Source: a virus (Duplodnaviria; Caudoviricetes). Taken from it: 64,000 nt of DNA. The stretch covers positions 224,001-288,000 of IMG/VR virus record IMGVR_UViG_3300010167_000010; one strand, 5' to 3'. Position 1 is the first letter of the stretch; each line of letters begins with the position of its first letter. The notes under the pieces were generated by a model. It saw only the letters and a list, made by a program, of their open reading frames with translations. It was not told the DNA's origin and ran no database searches. Position numbers and translations under genes: made by a program. Positions 28,636-39,383 of this stretch are shown here, in pieces.

Positions 28636-28710
28636 ATTTTATCTCCTTATTTTGAGCTTTTTTCATTAAAATTCTCCTATATAAAATTTAGTAAAGTAAT
28701 TAGTCATATC

Positions 28711-30384
28711 TTACCAATTCTTTTTTCCTTCTGCTGGATAATAAATTGGACTCTTAAAGTTTTTAGGGTCCTCTTCATAATCAGCTCGTCTCTTTGCATT
28801 ATCGGCATATAGATTAGTCCTCATTTTTATATAATCTAAAAAATCATCTTCTCTTTTTCCAAATTTTTTCTGGTACCATTTATCTTGCATTAATTCATCT
28901 AATACTTCTTCCGGGCCCATTCCACCTTTCCAAAGTTCTATAATATCTTCATCCATTTCAGTATTAGCATGTGGAATAAAATTACATGTTTCTGTATCAG
29001 TATTTATACTAACATCACTTCCTAATAAAAAATTATGAAGAAATCCTTTCTTTTTAGTTAAAGATTCATGTAATATTCGAAGTTCGTCTGTTATATCTTC
29101 TCTATTGTTAACTCTATCAAAATAATCTTCAAATTCTTCTTCAGTAATTTTTCCTTCATCAACTAATTTTTCTAATTTATCAAATAAATCCATTCTGAAT
29201 TTATCATCACCTTTGAAAAATTTTCTTATTGAACTGCCAGCTTTACTTCTAAATTGATTAGTTGGGAGATATTCTTGATATTTTGGATCATCTTTAAAAT
29301 ATTTCATAAGTATACGATCAACTTCTTTTGAACCAACATAAGACCTAGCCGTAGCTGTCCCACTTGATCGTATTACTTCACAAATTTCTTCATCTGCTAT
29401 ATCAGGGTCTCCTAATGATTCTTCTAATTCACCTGTAAACTTACCAACTGTTCCATCATATATTTTATCGAATATTGATTGTGTATTTGTATCTCTTCTA
29501 AACTTTCTGGCAAACTTATTTCGTTCATCTGTTTTATGATCATCATCTAAATCATCTCTGAATTTATGATATGCTTTTTTATATGCTTCTGATCCCTCTG
29601 GTTCATGTCTAACCATAGGTCTATCTTTATTTTCTATTTTACTCCAACCTTTATTTCTAGGATCACCTAAATCATCAATAGAGTCACTCAATCCTGAATT
29701 ATTTACATCATTAAAAAATAAATTTCCTAAAGTACTTCCTATATTATTTCCTGGTCTTACACCACGAGGAAGACGTGATACAGCAAAATCATTTATCGCG
29801 CCTTCTTTTATATTTGGTTTCCCCCAATTCTCTGGTACTTCTTGAGGATCTTTTCTCCCGGGATCATTTTTACCTTCTTCTGATGCAGACCATTTTTTTA
29901 AGTCGTCAAATACTGAACTACTTTGAGTTTGACCAATTCCAGTTTCAGATAATCTATTTGGAATACAATGAAATAAAGTATGTTTTGGAAACGGACCAAA
30001 ATCTTCTAATAATTGAATATCAGTTCCATAAGTTTTATTTTCACTTAAAACTTTAACAAACGGACATCCTAATTCTTGTTCTCCAGGGTCTGTTACATCT
30101 GGAAGAATATTAGGTGTTGGTTGTCTTCTAGCAAGTGGTCCTAAATTCCAATGAGAAAGTTCTGCTGGAGTTGTAGCTTGATCTATTTTTTGTATAGGAG
30201 GATTCATTATATAAACTTGTGATTCGTCTGGTGGAACATCTTTCATTTGTTGTATATGACTATTTTCTGGCATATTTATTTGACCAGGAGTTACAAAATA
30301 AGCAACATTCATCCCTTGTGGTGGAATAAAACTTATAGCCTTTAAAAAATCTTCTATATTATATTCTTTATTAGTTAAAAACAT
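28711..30384 (-). CDS. Hypothetical, probable virion/internal head protein
   Basis: 557-aa charged protein in the structural block; AGGAG SD; several (I/L)xE motifs. Confidence 0.6.
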   Translation of the reverse strand: MFLTNKEYNIEDFLKAISFIPPQGMNVAYFVTPGQINMPENSHIQQMKDVPPDESQVYIMNPPIQKIDQATTPAELSHWNLGPLARRQPTPNILPDVTDPGEQELGCPFVKVLSENKTYGTDIQLLEDFGPFPKHTLFHCIPNRLSETGIGQTQSSSVFDDLKKWSASEEGKNDPGRKDPQEVPENWGKPNIKEGAINDFAVSRLPRGVRPGNNIGSTLGNLFFNDVNNSGLSDSIDDLGDPRNKGWSKIENKDRPMVRHEPEGSEAYKKAYHKFRDDLDDDHKTDERNKFARKFRRDTNTQSIFDKIYDGTVGKFTGELEESLGDPDIADEEICEVIRSSGTATARSYVGSKEVDRILMKYFKDDPKYQEYLPTNQFRSKAGSSIRKFFKGDDKFRMDLFDKLEKLVDEGKITEEEFEDYFDRVNNREDITDELRILHESLTKKKGFLHNFLLGSDVSINTDTETCNFIPHANTEMDEDIIELWKGGMGPEEVLDELMQDKWYQKKFGKREDDFLDYIKMRTNLYADNAKRRADYEEDPKNFKSPIYYPAEGKKNW

Positions 30385-30393
30385 TTATTTCTC

Positions 30394-30954
30394 CTATTTT
30401 GTTCCTGTTGGTGATCCAACCCAAGATACTTCTCTTTGTGCACCAGCTTTTAAAGCATCTGAAGTATGTTGTACTACTTGAGATTCTTTATCACTTTTTT
30501 TACCTGATTTTAATTCAGCATCTAAATTATCCCAATCATTACTATTCATTGGTTTTCCTAATTTCCAACCATTTTTTTCTAATTGTTTTCTATAATCATG
30601 TGATTCATTTTGGTCCATATAAAGATAAACATTAAATGATGTATCCTTTTCATTTTTAAAATCCTTAAAAGATGGGGGATTTATACGTGTTGAAACAGCT
30701 GTAACTGGTTCTGTAAAAGATCTTATATGTCTAGGATCTCCATCAATAATAAAAGCTTTACGTACTTCATTTGTTTTTTCCGCTACTACTAATAAAGCAT
30801 CTGATGCTTTAAATTTTATTTTATATTTATTAAAAATTGGAATAAATCCACTTATTATATCATTTATATTATCAGAATTTTCTCTTAATTTAATACCACC
30901 AAAAGGTTCACTTTCTTGTAATTTTTGTAAGTAATCATCATTCCAATATTTCAT
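30394..30954 (-). CDS. Hypothetical, probable internal head protein
   Basis: N-terminal KLQE..KLRE motifs. Confidence 0.6.
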   Translation of the reverse strand: MKYWNDDYLQKLQESEPFGGIKLRENSDNINDIISGFIPIFNKYKIKFKASDALLVVAEKTNEVRKAFIIDGDPRHIRSFTEPVTAVSTRINPPSFKDFKNEKDTSFNVYLYMDQNESHDYRKQLEKNGWKLGKPMNSNDWDNLDAELKSGKKSDKESQVVQHTSDALKAGAQREVSWVGSPTGTK

Positions 30955-32186
30955 TATTTTTTAACCCCTTCAATAAAAGCTTGGGGATCATCAAAACATG
31001 CTGCAAAATCTTTAAAATTAGCATGAGATATAATTGAAGATATTTTTGATTCTTCTTCTTTATTTTCTTCTTTATTTTTCATTGCATCAGAAATAACTTC
31101 AGTTGCACCTTGTAAAATATCTACTGCTGCTCCCATCCCCATTCCGGTAAGATTGCCAGCGACACCTTCTAAATCTTTATAAACACCTGCTTTATCTAAT
31201 AATTTATCTAATAAATCATTTCCTTTTGCAGAAGTAACATCATTTGGATTTTCTTTTGCCCATTGAATGTCAGATAAACATCTGACTAAAAAATTTAATT
31301 TATGGGTATTTTCTTTACTGTTCCATTCTTCTACTGCTTTTTGATCTATATTATCTTTATTTAAATTTCCCATAATAGTAGAACCATGCTTAAAAGCTGC
31401 AGCAGCTATAGCTTGGTCGAATTGAAAAACAGTATCATTAGCTATTAAAATATCTTTATCTACACCCATAGATGTTGCCATTCCTGATGGTGCAATAACC
31501 ATTTGTAATTTTGGATATGCAGTTCGCAAACCTGCAAAAGTTCTACCAAATGCATAATTATCATCTTTAATTTTATTATGACCATTAGCTAATAATGAAC
31601 ATATTTTAGTTCCAGACATTCCCCAATATCCTGTCGTTGCACAGTCTAATGTGGATACGTTTGCAATTATCATATTTTCCATACTAAAATTTTGTAATTT
31701 ATTAGCATTAACTTTATTTTTATCATTAAGAATTTCTTGAATATTTGAATCAAAAGTATAATTACTAAAAGCCTTATTAGCGTCTGCAATAAGTGGATTC
31801 ATAGGAAATACATATAAAAAAGAAGCATTTTGACCAGCTTCACCTTCGTTACCTCGTTCAACAGTTCCACCAGTTTGTGTTATATTAGTTTGTTTAAGTT
31901 CATATAATCTATCTTTACTAAAGTCTACTCCAATTTCAACTTCAAATAAATGATTATATTCTGCATGGGCAGCACTTTCAAATCGATCAATATTTTTATC
32001 TTCATGTAAAAAAATAATTTTTTTAGTCTTATAATGTTCTTTTAATACTGGTATAAGCCGATCTAAATCATCATAATCTTCACATAAAATCGCAAATTTT
32101 TCATTTTCTTCTTTTAATATTTGTTTAATCTGGCGGGTACGAAGATATTCATTACCCTTTCCAAAACATATGATAGCTGTATTCAT
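30954..32186 (-). CDS. Hypothetical protein, probably virion-associated
   Basis: Start re-assigned to ATG 32186 (MNTAII), which follows CTAAATATT and removes the overlap with the upstream gene. Confidence 0.7.
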   Translation of the reverse strand: MNTAIICFGKGNEYLRTRQIKQILKEENEKFAILCEDYDDLDRLIPVLKEHYKTKKIIFLHEDKNIDRFESAAHAEYNHLFEVEIGVDFSKDRLYELKQTNITQTGGTVERGNEGEAGQNASFLYVFPMNPLIADANKAFSNYTFDSNIQEILNDKNKVNANKLQNFSMENMIIANVSTLDCATTGYWGMSGTKICSLLANGHNKIKDDNYAFGRTFAGLRTAYPKLQMVIAPSGMATSMGVDKDILIANDTVFQFDQAIAAAAFKHGSTIMGNLNKDNIDQKAVEEWNSKENTHKLNFLVRCLSDIQWAKENPNDVTSAKGNDLLDKLLDKAGVYKDLEGVAGNLTGMGMGAAVDILQGATEVISDAMKNKEENKEEESKISSIISHANFKDFAACFDDPQAFIEGVKK

Positions 32187-32197
32187 AATATTTAGTT

Positions 32198-32926
32198 CTA
32201 ACAATTCACAATAATGTGTTCTTGTTGCCAAGTTAAGAATATTTCTATAGTAGACATTATCAGATTGGGGATAGAGAGCTTCAATTTTTTATCACAACTT
32301 AATAAAACTTGAGGAACTTCAATCTCAAATAAAGCTAAAAATTGACTATTTTCTTCAGTAAATAGTTCTCTTAAAACTTCTTCTAATTTGTCTGGCATTA
32401 ACATAGTATAAAGTTGATAATATTCTATATTATCTATAATATATTCTATTGCATCTGCATATATTTGATTATCAAATTTATCATAAGATGGACCAATTGC
32501 TTTTAATACTAAAGGGTGAGTAGTATATTCTTTTCTAAAACAAGCTTCCCAAGCTTCTTCTTCTGTAGACCCATCATCGATATAAATTAATTTATATTCA
32601 TTATATCGTCTCATGATTAAATCTGCTATTGCTTCTTCATTTATTATTTCAAAATCGTAAACATAAGAAGATACATAAGCAATATAATAATCTTGAAATT
32701 CTGCATCTGGGAAAATTTCTTTTTCATCTTGAGTTAAAAGTTTAGTTATATGCTTTACGATAAATTTTGTTATTTTTTCTTCACCATCACTTTCTATAAC
32801 AAAATTATATTTATTCATAAAAGCAAAATAAAATTGCATCGAAATTAAGTTTATATTATGATGTAATTTTACTAAATTAAGTTTATCAGTTTGAAGCTGA
32901 TACATTTGTTGTTCATCTAATTCCAT
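32198..32926 (-). CDS. Hypothetical acidic protein
   Basis: 242-aa ORF preceded by CTAATTATT. Confidence 0.75.
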   Translation of the reverse strand: MELDEQQMYQLQTDKLNLVKLHHNINLISMQFYFAFMNKYNFVIESDGEEKITKFIVKHITKLLTQDEKEIFPDAEFQDYYIAYVSSYVYDFEIINEEAIADLIMRRYNEYKLIYIDDGSTEEEAWEACFRKEYTTHPLVLKAIGPSYDKFDNQIYADAIEYIIDNIEYYQLYTMLMPDKLEEVLRELFTEENSQFLALFEIEVPQVLLSCDKKLKLSIPNLIMSTIEIFLTWQQEHIIVNC

Positions 32927-32940
32927 AATAATTAGAGAGT

Positions 32941-32973
32941 TTGAACAATAATGATAAATGTCTTATATTATAT
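32941..32973 (+). promoter_or_regulatory. Sigma70-like promoter (motif C) with no downstream + strand gene
   Basis: TTGAAC-17 bp-TATATT, same architecture as the promoter at 49241. Confidence 0.5.
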
Positions 32974-32992
32974 AGGGAGAGGTGTGCCTATT

Positions 32993-33319
32993 TTACGAGT
33001 CTGGTGACGTAGGAATTCGATCTCTTATATATAATCTTACATCTGAATTAAAAAATAAAATATCTGCAATGAGACCAATTTGAATTGTGTCACCACCAAT
33101 TATATAAATTTTTCTTTCCCTATCTTCAAATACTAGAAATGAATTTGGCATTACTCTGACTACTGTGTGACCAGTTAAACTTTCCCCAACTCTTATAGGT
33201 CTCCAAACATTTGGACTTGTTTCTAAATCACATTGACCTCGAACCTCTGTCACAGTATATTGTGCAAAAAGTAATGATACCGAAAATATAAATAAAATTG
33301 TAAATAAAATTTTTCTCAT
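32993..33319 (-). CDS. Small secreted protein (FecR-N-like beta domain)
   Basis: Signal peptide ending SLLFA-Q; VTEVRG..WRPIRVGESL...VRV.PNSFL. Confidence 0.6.
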   Translation of the reverse strand: MRKILFTILFIFSVSLLFAQYTVTEVRGQCDLETSPNVWRPIRVGESLTGHTVVRVMPNSFLVFEDRERKIYIIGGDTIQIGLIADILFFNSDVRLYIRDRIPTSPDS

Positions 33320-33362
33320 AAAAATAAATTAACTCCGTATTATAAATAGAAGACTAAATATT

Positions 33363-33845
33363 ATGACGTACGACTTCTGGCAAAAAACTGGGATGATAAA
33401 ACCTTTCACATCAATAGAACAATTTGAAAAATATGAAGCTGATTTATGTAAATTGCCAAAATTAGATATGTATGCTAACACAGCTCTAAAGAAAAGCAAA
33501 ATTAAAAAAGGAGTAAATATATTATCAGAAAAATTTGATAGTTTTGCCGAATTTACTTTAGTACAATATATGAGATTGATAAAAGGATATGTTGTAGAAA
33601 GAAATAAAAAAATGTATTTTTTAACTTATGTAGATCAAAATGGAAAAGTATGTAAATTTTATCCGGATTTCGTAATCAATGGAAAATTTGCTGAATGTAA
33701 GGGTAAAATGTCAGATAAAGATCTATGTAAATTACAACAATGCCCAGAAGTAGAATGGTATTTTCAATCTGAAATAGAGATAATGTCTAAAGAATTAAAT
33801 AAAGCTTTTCCTGATTGGCGCTCTGAGTTTATCCAAACTAACTAA
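33363..33845 (+). CDS. PD-(D/E)xK endonuclease (T7 endonuclease I/TnsA-like)
   Basis: FDSFAE, FYPDFVINGKFAECKG. Confidence 0.75.
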   Translation: MTYDFWQKTGMIKPFTSIEQFEKYEADLCKLPKLDMYANTALKKSKIKKGVNILSEKFDSFAEFTLVQYMRLIKGYVVERNKKMYFLTYVDQNGKVCKFYPDFVINGKFAECKGKMSDKDLCKLQQCPEVEWYFQSEIEIMSKELNKAFPDWRSEFIQTN

Positions 33846-33851
33846 TTTATT

Positions 33852-36800
33852 ATGGCAACGCAGCACCTATATTATTTCTTAGTAATCAATAAAGATATAC
33901 AGAATTGGAATACATTTGATTTACCATTAAGTGATAATTCGGTATTTTCTAATGGTTGGCTTGACCAACAATTTCTCACAGATGAAGAATTAAAAGATTT
34001 TAATAATAGATTAAAATATCAACAAGGTATTTATTATAAAAATCAAGAAGTAATAAATATTACTGGTGATGATCCAGATGATCAACTTCAACAAAATTTT
34101 GAAATAAAACAAGATGGTTGGTATGAGATAATGTTAACATCAGCTGGCGGTGGTACGTCTGAATCTGAAAATTATTTTAATCATGATCATATTTATTGTT
34201 GGTTTAGAGAACATGTTGCTACACTACAATTTATTAAATTTTATGGTGATTATTCTTGGTTATATTTTGAAGAACAAACTAATGGTACTATAACTGTTTT
34301 TAAAGGTACATATCGTTGTACCAATTTTGTTTTAATGTTAGATTATGAAGGAAAATGTGAGGGTTTAACTTATGCTAATAAACCAGCTTATAGACAAAAT
34401 GCAGACGGAAGCTTTTCTTCGGATATTGAAAATCACGGTAATTTTTTACAATTTATAGATAATTTAACTGTTCATCAAAATGCTAATAGATATCCCGATA
34501 TATTTTTACCCTTCAGAGCTGCAGTTAGAGCTACAGATGGGACTATTATTACACCAGCTAGACCAGAAATTAGAAATTTTAGAAATTTAACTTTTGAGTT
34601 CGATGAAGAAACTGAAGTTAAAGAAAATTTTGCTTATTCATTTTTATATTTTGATAGACAAGTAGATAATACTAAAGAATTATTTAGAAAATTATTTTTT
34701 ACTGGAAGAATTCGCGGACAATTTAAAGCTAGATCAAAAGATACAGATTGGCAATTAGACTCAAGTAGACTTCAACAAGGAGTATCTTTTGTTCAAAATG
34801 TAAATTCAGCATGGTCAGCAACTAATGAGACTGTTTATTTAAGAAATTGGTATATTCATGATGCAATGAAATTTAATCATAGTGACCCCTGGAACAATTT
34901 TTCCGAGGGTGAAAATAGAATTTTAAGTCAAAATAATCCTACAATAAATAATGCATATTATCCTTTACCAGAAGGCTCTGGGACATGGATTCAACATTAT
35001 AATCCAAACCCAATAATCTTAAATGTCATAGGAGATAAACCTTTAAGATATGGCGGCAACGGTGGAATGTTTCATCGATTTTTAAACTTAGAAAAATCTA
35101 CTTTAAGTTTTGGTATTGGAAAAAATGGATTATCATTTTCAGATTTTTGGGTTATTGGAAATACTAATATTGATAGATACGGAAGATTTAGTGAAGGTTT
35201 AACATCCGGTGCTGGATCATATGTTCAATTAATTGAAAATGATATTACTGTTTTAGTAGCTGGTGGTGGTAGCGTAGCAGGACAAAATGGTGGATACGCA
35301 TCTATAAATAATAGGGATGGGAGGGGCAGTAATGAAAGAGGAGTAGTGTTTAATCTTTTATTACCAGAAGAATTTCAACATAGATTAGGTGGTATGGGAG
35401 ATAATTTTAGTCCTCCTATAGCAAGTAATCCAGATAATCCACAAATTGGGTTTAATTTAAATAGAGAAATAGAATTTGTTTCGCGGGGAAAAGATGGTCG
35501 ATTTTTATATAATAATTCTGAAATTTTAGGAAATGGTTTAGGTGGTAATGGTGCTGGAATATTTAGAACTTTAACAGGTTTTAATTATTATAGAAAATCA
35601 GAATCTGGTCAATTTATAATGAGATATCTTGGCCCAAAATCTTCTGCAACATATTATAATATTTTAGATTATGATGTTACTCCAACTAGTGATATAGCTA
35701 ATATTTCTTTAGATACAAATATTAAAATTCCAGCAGCAACTACTTTAGAATATAAATTTTTATTTAGACAAAATATGGGAATTGATCCTGGCGAAACTAT
35801 AGTTGTTATTGATAGAGATGAAGAAAAATTAGTAGATGATGAAAATATTCCAGAAACATATTTAAGTTTGGCGGGATTTGCTGAACAATATCCAGGTACT
35901 TTTGTTCTTACACAAATAACGCCTAATATTCAAAAATTATCTTTTGTATCTATAAATAAACATATTAAAATTTTTATAGAAACAAGACTACGTCATTATA
36001 GGGTTTTTTATAAAGATCATGATGATATAAGAAGTATTGAAGGAATTCCACAATTTGGTGAAAGGGCTGGGAGAGAAATCGATTTAATAATAACTTTTAA
36101 TAGACCAGACGTAAATTTAGATATTCAAGCTTTAACTTTATATGGAAATTTAAGATTTGGTTTGCAGACTGGGGATATACAAAACGTAACTTCAACTTAT
36201 AATCATTTAAGAAGAGAACAAAGAATTTCATTTATTATGCCAGAACATGATGTAGAACTTCTTATAGAAAATAATATAAAAACGATTTATAAACTTACAA
36301 TGACTCCTAGAAATGCAATAAACAGACCAGCGTCTGGAAATTTACCAGCATTACAAAATGGTATTATTAGTGGGATTCAATGGGGTTATAATATTCATGA
36401 TATAACAAGTCCACTTGCTGATATAGATACTGAAGTTGTTGCAGGACAACAAATTTATGTGAAACTAACTTTACATAGAAGAACTAGAATAGATAGATAT
36501 CAAAGTACTTTTCCAGAAGGAACAATAATTGAAAGAGAAGGTATGAATCTTCAATCTAATCAATTTTCTGATAATGAACAATGGTTTTATTTTAATATGC
36601 CTGAAAGATCTATAAATATAGATTTATTTCTAGAATTAAGAACTTATAAACTTATTTTAATTCCAGATAGATATAGACGTTTAAATCCTTATTCGTTTGA
36701 TGGTAGGGAAGACTATGAACCTGGTGAACGTGCTAATATTATTTTTGAAATAGAAAATTATTATAAATTATCTGAAAAAGGTGGTTTAATAATAAATAAT

Positions 36801-38585
36801 ATTAATTATCCAATTGATTTGAATGATAAAAGAATGCAAATTCAATGTATAGTTAGATTTGATACAGATACGAGAGCTAATGGATATTTTGTTGATTATG
36901 TAGATAATGATAGAATTAGATTTCCAAAAGTAGAATCAGTTCAATTTAATATTATTTTTAGAAATTCTGATATACAAATATTTTTTGATTTAACTTATTT
37001 AAAAAATTCTACACTTTTTTGTTGTGGACAAACAGTAACATCGAACGTTAGAATTATTGTTCATAGTATTTTAAGATTAATGATAGCTGGATCAAAATCT
37101 GGAGATGGTGGAAAGGGGACTGATGGAGGCCCAACACCTAGAAGATCAAACTCCCAATGGCACGGCGGCGCATCGGCCGCAAATGCACTAAGTGGAAGTT
37201 TACGAGGTTTAATGGGGGGCGCTGGTGGAAGCGGATTTATTGGGGGAGATGGTGGTGCAGGTGTAGATGCAGCTGGAGCTAGATTTTTCGTTGTTACTTG
37301 GCAAGGATTTTTACCTTATGATTTAAGAATTTTACAAGAAGATGGCGGTGGTGGTGGCCCAGGTGGCCACGGATTTATTGGTGGGGGCGCGGGTGCTGGT
37401 GGTGGTCAGGGCTCTGCGTCATGGTCTGGAAATGGGTTTAAGGGTGAAGACGGTAGATCTTTTTTACATGATAATAATTTAACAGAAAGTAATAATCATT
37501 CTATATGGCGCGGTGTTTTAGTAGATTGTTTGATAGAAATTGAAGAAGGAATTATTTATATTGCAACCGGTGGTAATGGTGGAAATGGGAGTGGTGGTCC
37601 TGGTGTAGATCAAGGTGAATGGGGAAATTCGGGGGCCGGAGGCGGAGCCGGCGGCCCGTCTTATTTTTATTCACCTACTACTAGATTTGTTATTTTAAGT
37701 CATAATCCAATATGCGCTACTTTTCTAAATAAAAGTGAAGGAGAGGGTACTTCTTTAGTTAATCAATTTAATTTATATCAACAACATTCAACTTTAAATT
37801 TTGATATGGACTTAAATCAATGGAGGAGACAAGGTTTAAATAGAGAAGTATCAGTTGCAGAGTTTTCTGCAGTTAGACCAAATGCACCAGATGATTTTTA
37901 TAAAGGTATTATAGCTTCTGGAAGTAGGGTCGGAAGAATGATTTTTCAAAAAACTCAAAAAAATGGGTCACATACTCAACAACGTGAATGGGGGAATGTA
38001 CCACCAGTATTATTTAATTCTCCTGTAGCCCAACTTTCTCCAGGAAGAAATACATTTTTAGTAGGAGATGAAAGAAACTCAAATTTTATGATATGGGGTG
38101 TTGATACTACAAACGAGCCAAGATTTAGAGGTTATGGTTTTGGTGGTGGCGCAGGACCTGCGCCAATTCCGACTAATCCAGGAAATTGGTATTTAAGTTG
38201 TGAATTATATGGTGATAATTTAAGAATGATTACACAATTTAATTTAGCTATAGGTGGAAGACGCGGGTTTTTCCCAAATTTATTATTTATTGGTGGTGCA
38301 CTTCAAACTCAACGAATATTATTACAACAAGCAGCAAGTAGAATCCCAAGTCTATATGTTTATAATGAATTGACAAGAAATGTTGCATTGAATCAAAGAA
38401 TTGATTGGGCTTATAACGTTGGTTTTGAATATGGGGGCGACTTAATTCCATTTAATGGTGGTGGTTGTAGAATTATATTTTTAGGAGAGAGAAGAAATAA
38501 TATTGCAATTAGTCCAACACAATTAACAGGAACATTTACTACATATAATTATGCAACAAATCAAATTCCTCTTAATAACTTTTAG
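33852..38585 (+). CDS. Large Gly-rich structural/tail-fibre-like protein with central beta-sandwich repeats
   Basis: 1577 aa; GGxGG tracts; repeated F.MP..(D/S)(V/I) segments; CTAA motif upstream. Confidence 0.7.
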   Translation: MATQHLYYFLVINKDIQNWNTFDLPLSDNSVFSNGWLDQQFLTDEELKDFNNRLKYQQGIYYKNQEVINITGDDPDDQLQQNFEIKQDGWYEIMLTSAGGGTSESENYFNHDHIYCWFREHVATLQFIKFYGDYSWLYFEEQTNGTITVFKGTYRCTNFVLMLDYEGKCEGLTYANKPAYRQNADGSFSSDIENHGNFLQFIDNLTVHQNANRYPDIFLPFRAAVRATDGTIITPARPEIRNFRNLTFEFDEETEVKENFAYSFLYFDRQVDNTKELFRKLFFTGRIRGQFKARSKDTDWQLDSSRLQQGVSFVQNVNSAWSATNETVYLRNWYIHDAMKFNHSDPWNNFSEGENRILSQNNPTINNAYYPLPEGSGTWIQHYNPNPIILNVIGDKPLRYGGNGGMFHRFLNLEKSTLSFGIGKNGLSFSDFWVIGNTNIDRYGRFSEGLTSGAGSYVQLIENDITVLVAGGGSVAGQNGGYASINNRDGRGSNERGVVFNLLLPEEFQHRLGGMGDNFSPPIASNPDNPQIGFNLNREIEFVSRGKDGRFLYNNSEILGNGLGGNGAGIFRTLTGFNYYRKSESGQFIMRYLGPKSSATYYNILDYDVTPTSDIANISLDTNIKIPAATTLEYKFLFRQNMGIDPGETIVVIDRDEEKLVDDENIPETYLSLAGFAEQYPGTFVLTQITPNIQKLSFVSINKHIKIFIETRLRHYRVFYKDHDDIRSIEGIPQFGERAGREIDLIITFNRPDVNLDIQALTLYGNLRFGLQTGDIQNVTSTYNHLRREQRISFIMPEHDVELLIENNIKTIYKLTMTPRNAINRPASGNLPALQNGIISGIQWGYNIHDITSPLADIDTEVVAGQQIYVKLTLHRRTRIDRYQSTFPEGTIIEREGMNLQSNQFSDNEQWFYFNMPERSINIDLFLELRTYKLILIPDRYRRLNPYSFDGREDYEPGERANIIFEIENYYKLSEKGGLIINNINYPIDLNDKRMQIQCIVRFDTDTRANGYFVDYVDNDRIRFPKVESVQFNIIFRNSDIQIFFDLTYLKNSTLFCCGQTVTSNVRIIVHSILRLMIAGSKSGDGGKGTDGGPTPRRSNSQWHGGASAANALSGSLRGLMGGAGGSGFIGGDGGAGVDAAGARFFVVTWQGFLPYDLRILQEDGGGGGPGGHGFIGGGAGAGGGQGSASWSGNGFKGEDGRSFLHDNNLTESNNHSIWRGVLVDCLIEIEEGIIYIATGGNGGNGSGGPGVDQGEWGNSGAGGGAGGPSYFYSPTTRFVILSHNPICATFLNKSEGEGTSLVNQFNLYQQHSTLNFDMDLNQWRRQGLNREVSVAEFSAVRPNAPDDFYKGIIASGSRVGRMIFQKTQKNGSHTQQREWGNVPPVLFNSPVAQLSPGRNTFLVGDERNSNFMIWGVDTTNEPRFRGYGFGGGAGPAPIPTNPGNWYLSCELYGDNLRMITQFNLAIGGRRGFFPNLLFIGGALQTQRILLQQAASRIPSLYVYNELTRNVALNQRIDWAYNVGFEYGGDLIPFNGGGCRIIFLGERRNNIAISPTQLTGTFTTYNYATNQIPLNNF

Positions 38586-39360
38586 TTTTATAAAGTTCTA
38601 CTATTTTTTCTTGAGTTTTTTTATCAAAATTATGAAGATGTTGTTTAATAAGATTTAAATTTGAATCAGAAAAATCATCAATTTTATTACTTATTTCTTT
38701 GGCAAAAACAAAGTTTTCTTTTTCTGTAAATTTACTTAATACTTGTTTTTTTAAATTTTTTGTTTGAATTTCTTTTTTATATGTATCAAAATCATTCTCT
38801 AATTTTTTTATAGAATTATCAATTAAATATTGTATTTCATTTTTTAACTCATCTATATTATTTTTAAAAAAATAAAAATAGGCATTATTTAAAAATATTT
38901 TAGAATATTCATCAGAAATTGATGTTGGAAATTCTGAGTTTTCAAAAAATATTTCGTAATCTATACCAAATTTTCTAGGAAGCCAATTATCTCTAGGTTC
39001 TTTTTTATATCTATTATAAAGAATCTCTTTTTCTGATGGTAGCATTAATATCATAAATTTAATTAAAGAATCTTTAAAAATTTCTGAAAAAGCTTTTATT
39101 AGTAAATCGTTTTCAGAATAAAGATTTAAGTTTTGACTTTCAAGAAAAAAACAATCGAAACAACTTAAAAGTTTATTTTCCTTTTTAAAATATTCGAGCA
39201 TAAAACGTTGTCTATTATTCCAATTTTCTTTTAATAGATTCTCATCATCTAAAACAGCAATATCATCTTTATATATTTCTTTCAATTTTCTTATAGTAGT
39301 AGATTTCCCTGAATAGGGGCAACCAAATAATATAATAATAATTTTTTGATTTTCTTCCAT
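38572..39360 (-). CDS. P-loop kinase-like protein
   Basis: IIILFGCPYSGKST Walker A. Start probably ATG 39360. Confidence 0.7.
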   Translation of the reverse strand: MEENQKIIIILFGCPYSGKSTTIRKLKEIYKDDIAVLDDENLLKENWNNRQRFMLEYFKKENKLLSCFDCFFLESQNLNLYSENDLLIKAFSEIFKDSLIKFMILMLPSEKEILYNRYKKEPRDNWLPRKFGIDYEIFFENSEFPTSISDEYSKIFLNNAYFYFFKNNIDELKNEIQYLIDNSIKKLENDFDTYKKEIQTKNLKKQVLSKFTEKENFVFAKEISNKIDDFSDSNLNLIKQHLHNFDKKTQEKIVELYKTKSY

Positions 39361-39383
39361 AATTATATAGTTCACTAATTATT

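Noticed and set aside
32975-33025. Possible tRNA-like element (GGGAGAGG...GTAGGAATTCGATCTCT)
   Set aside because: No cloverleaf can be built; no proper acceptor or anticodon stems.
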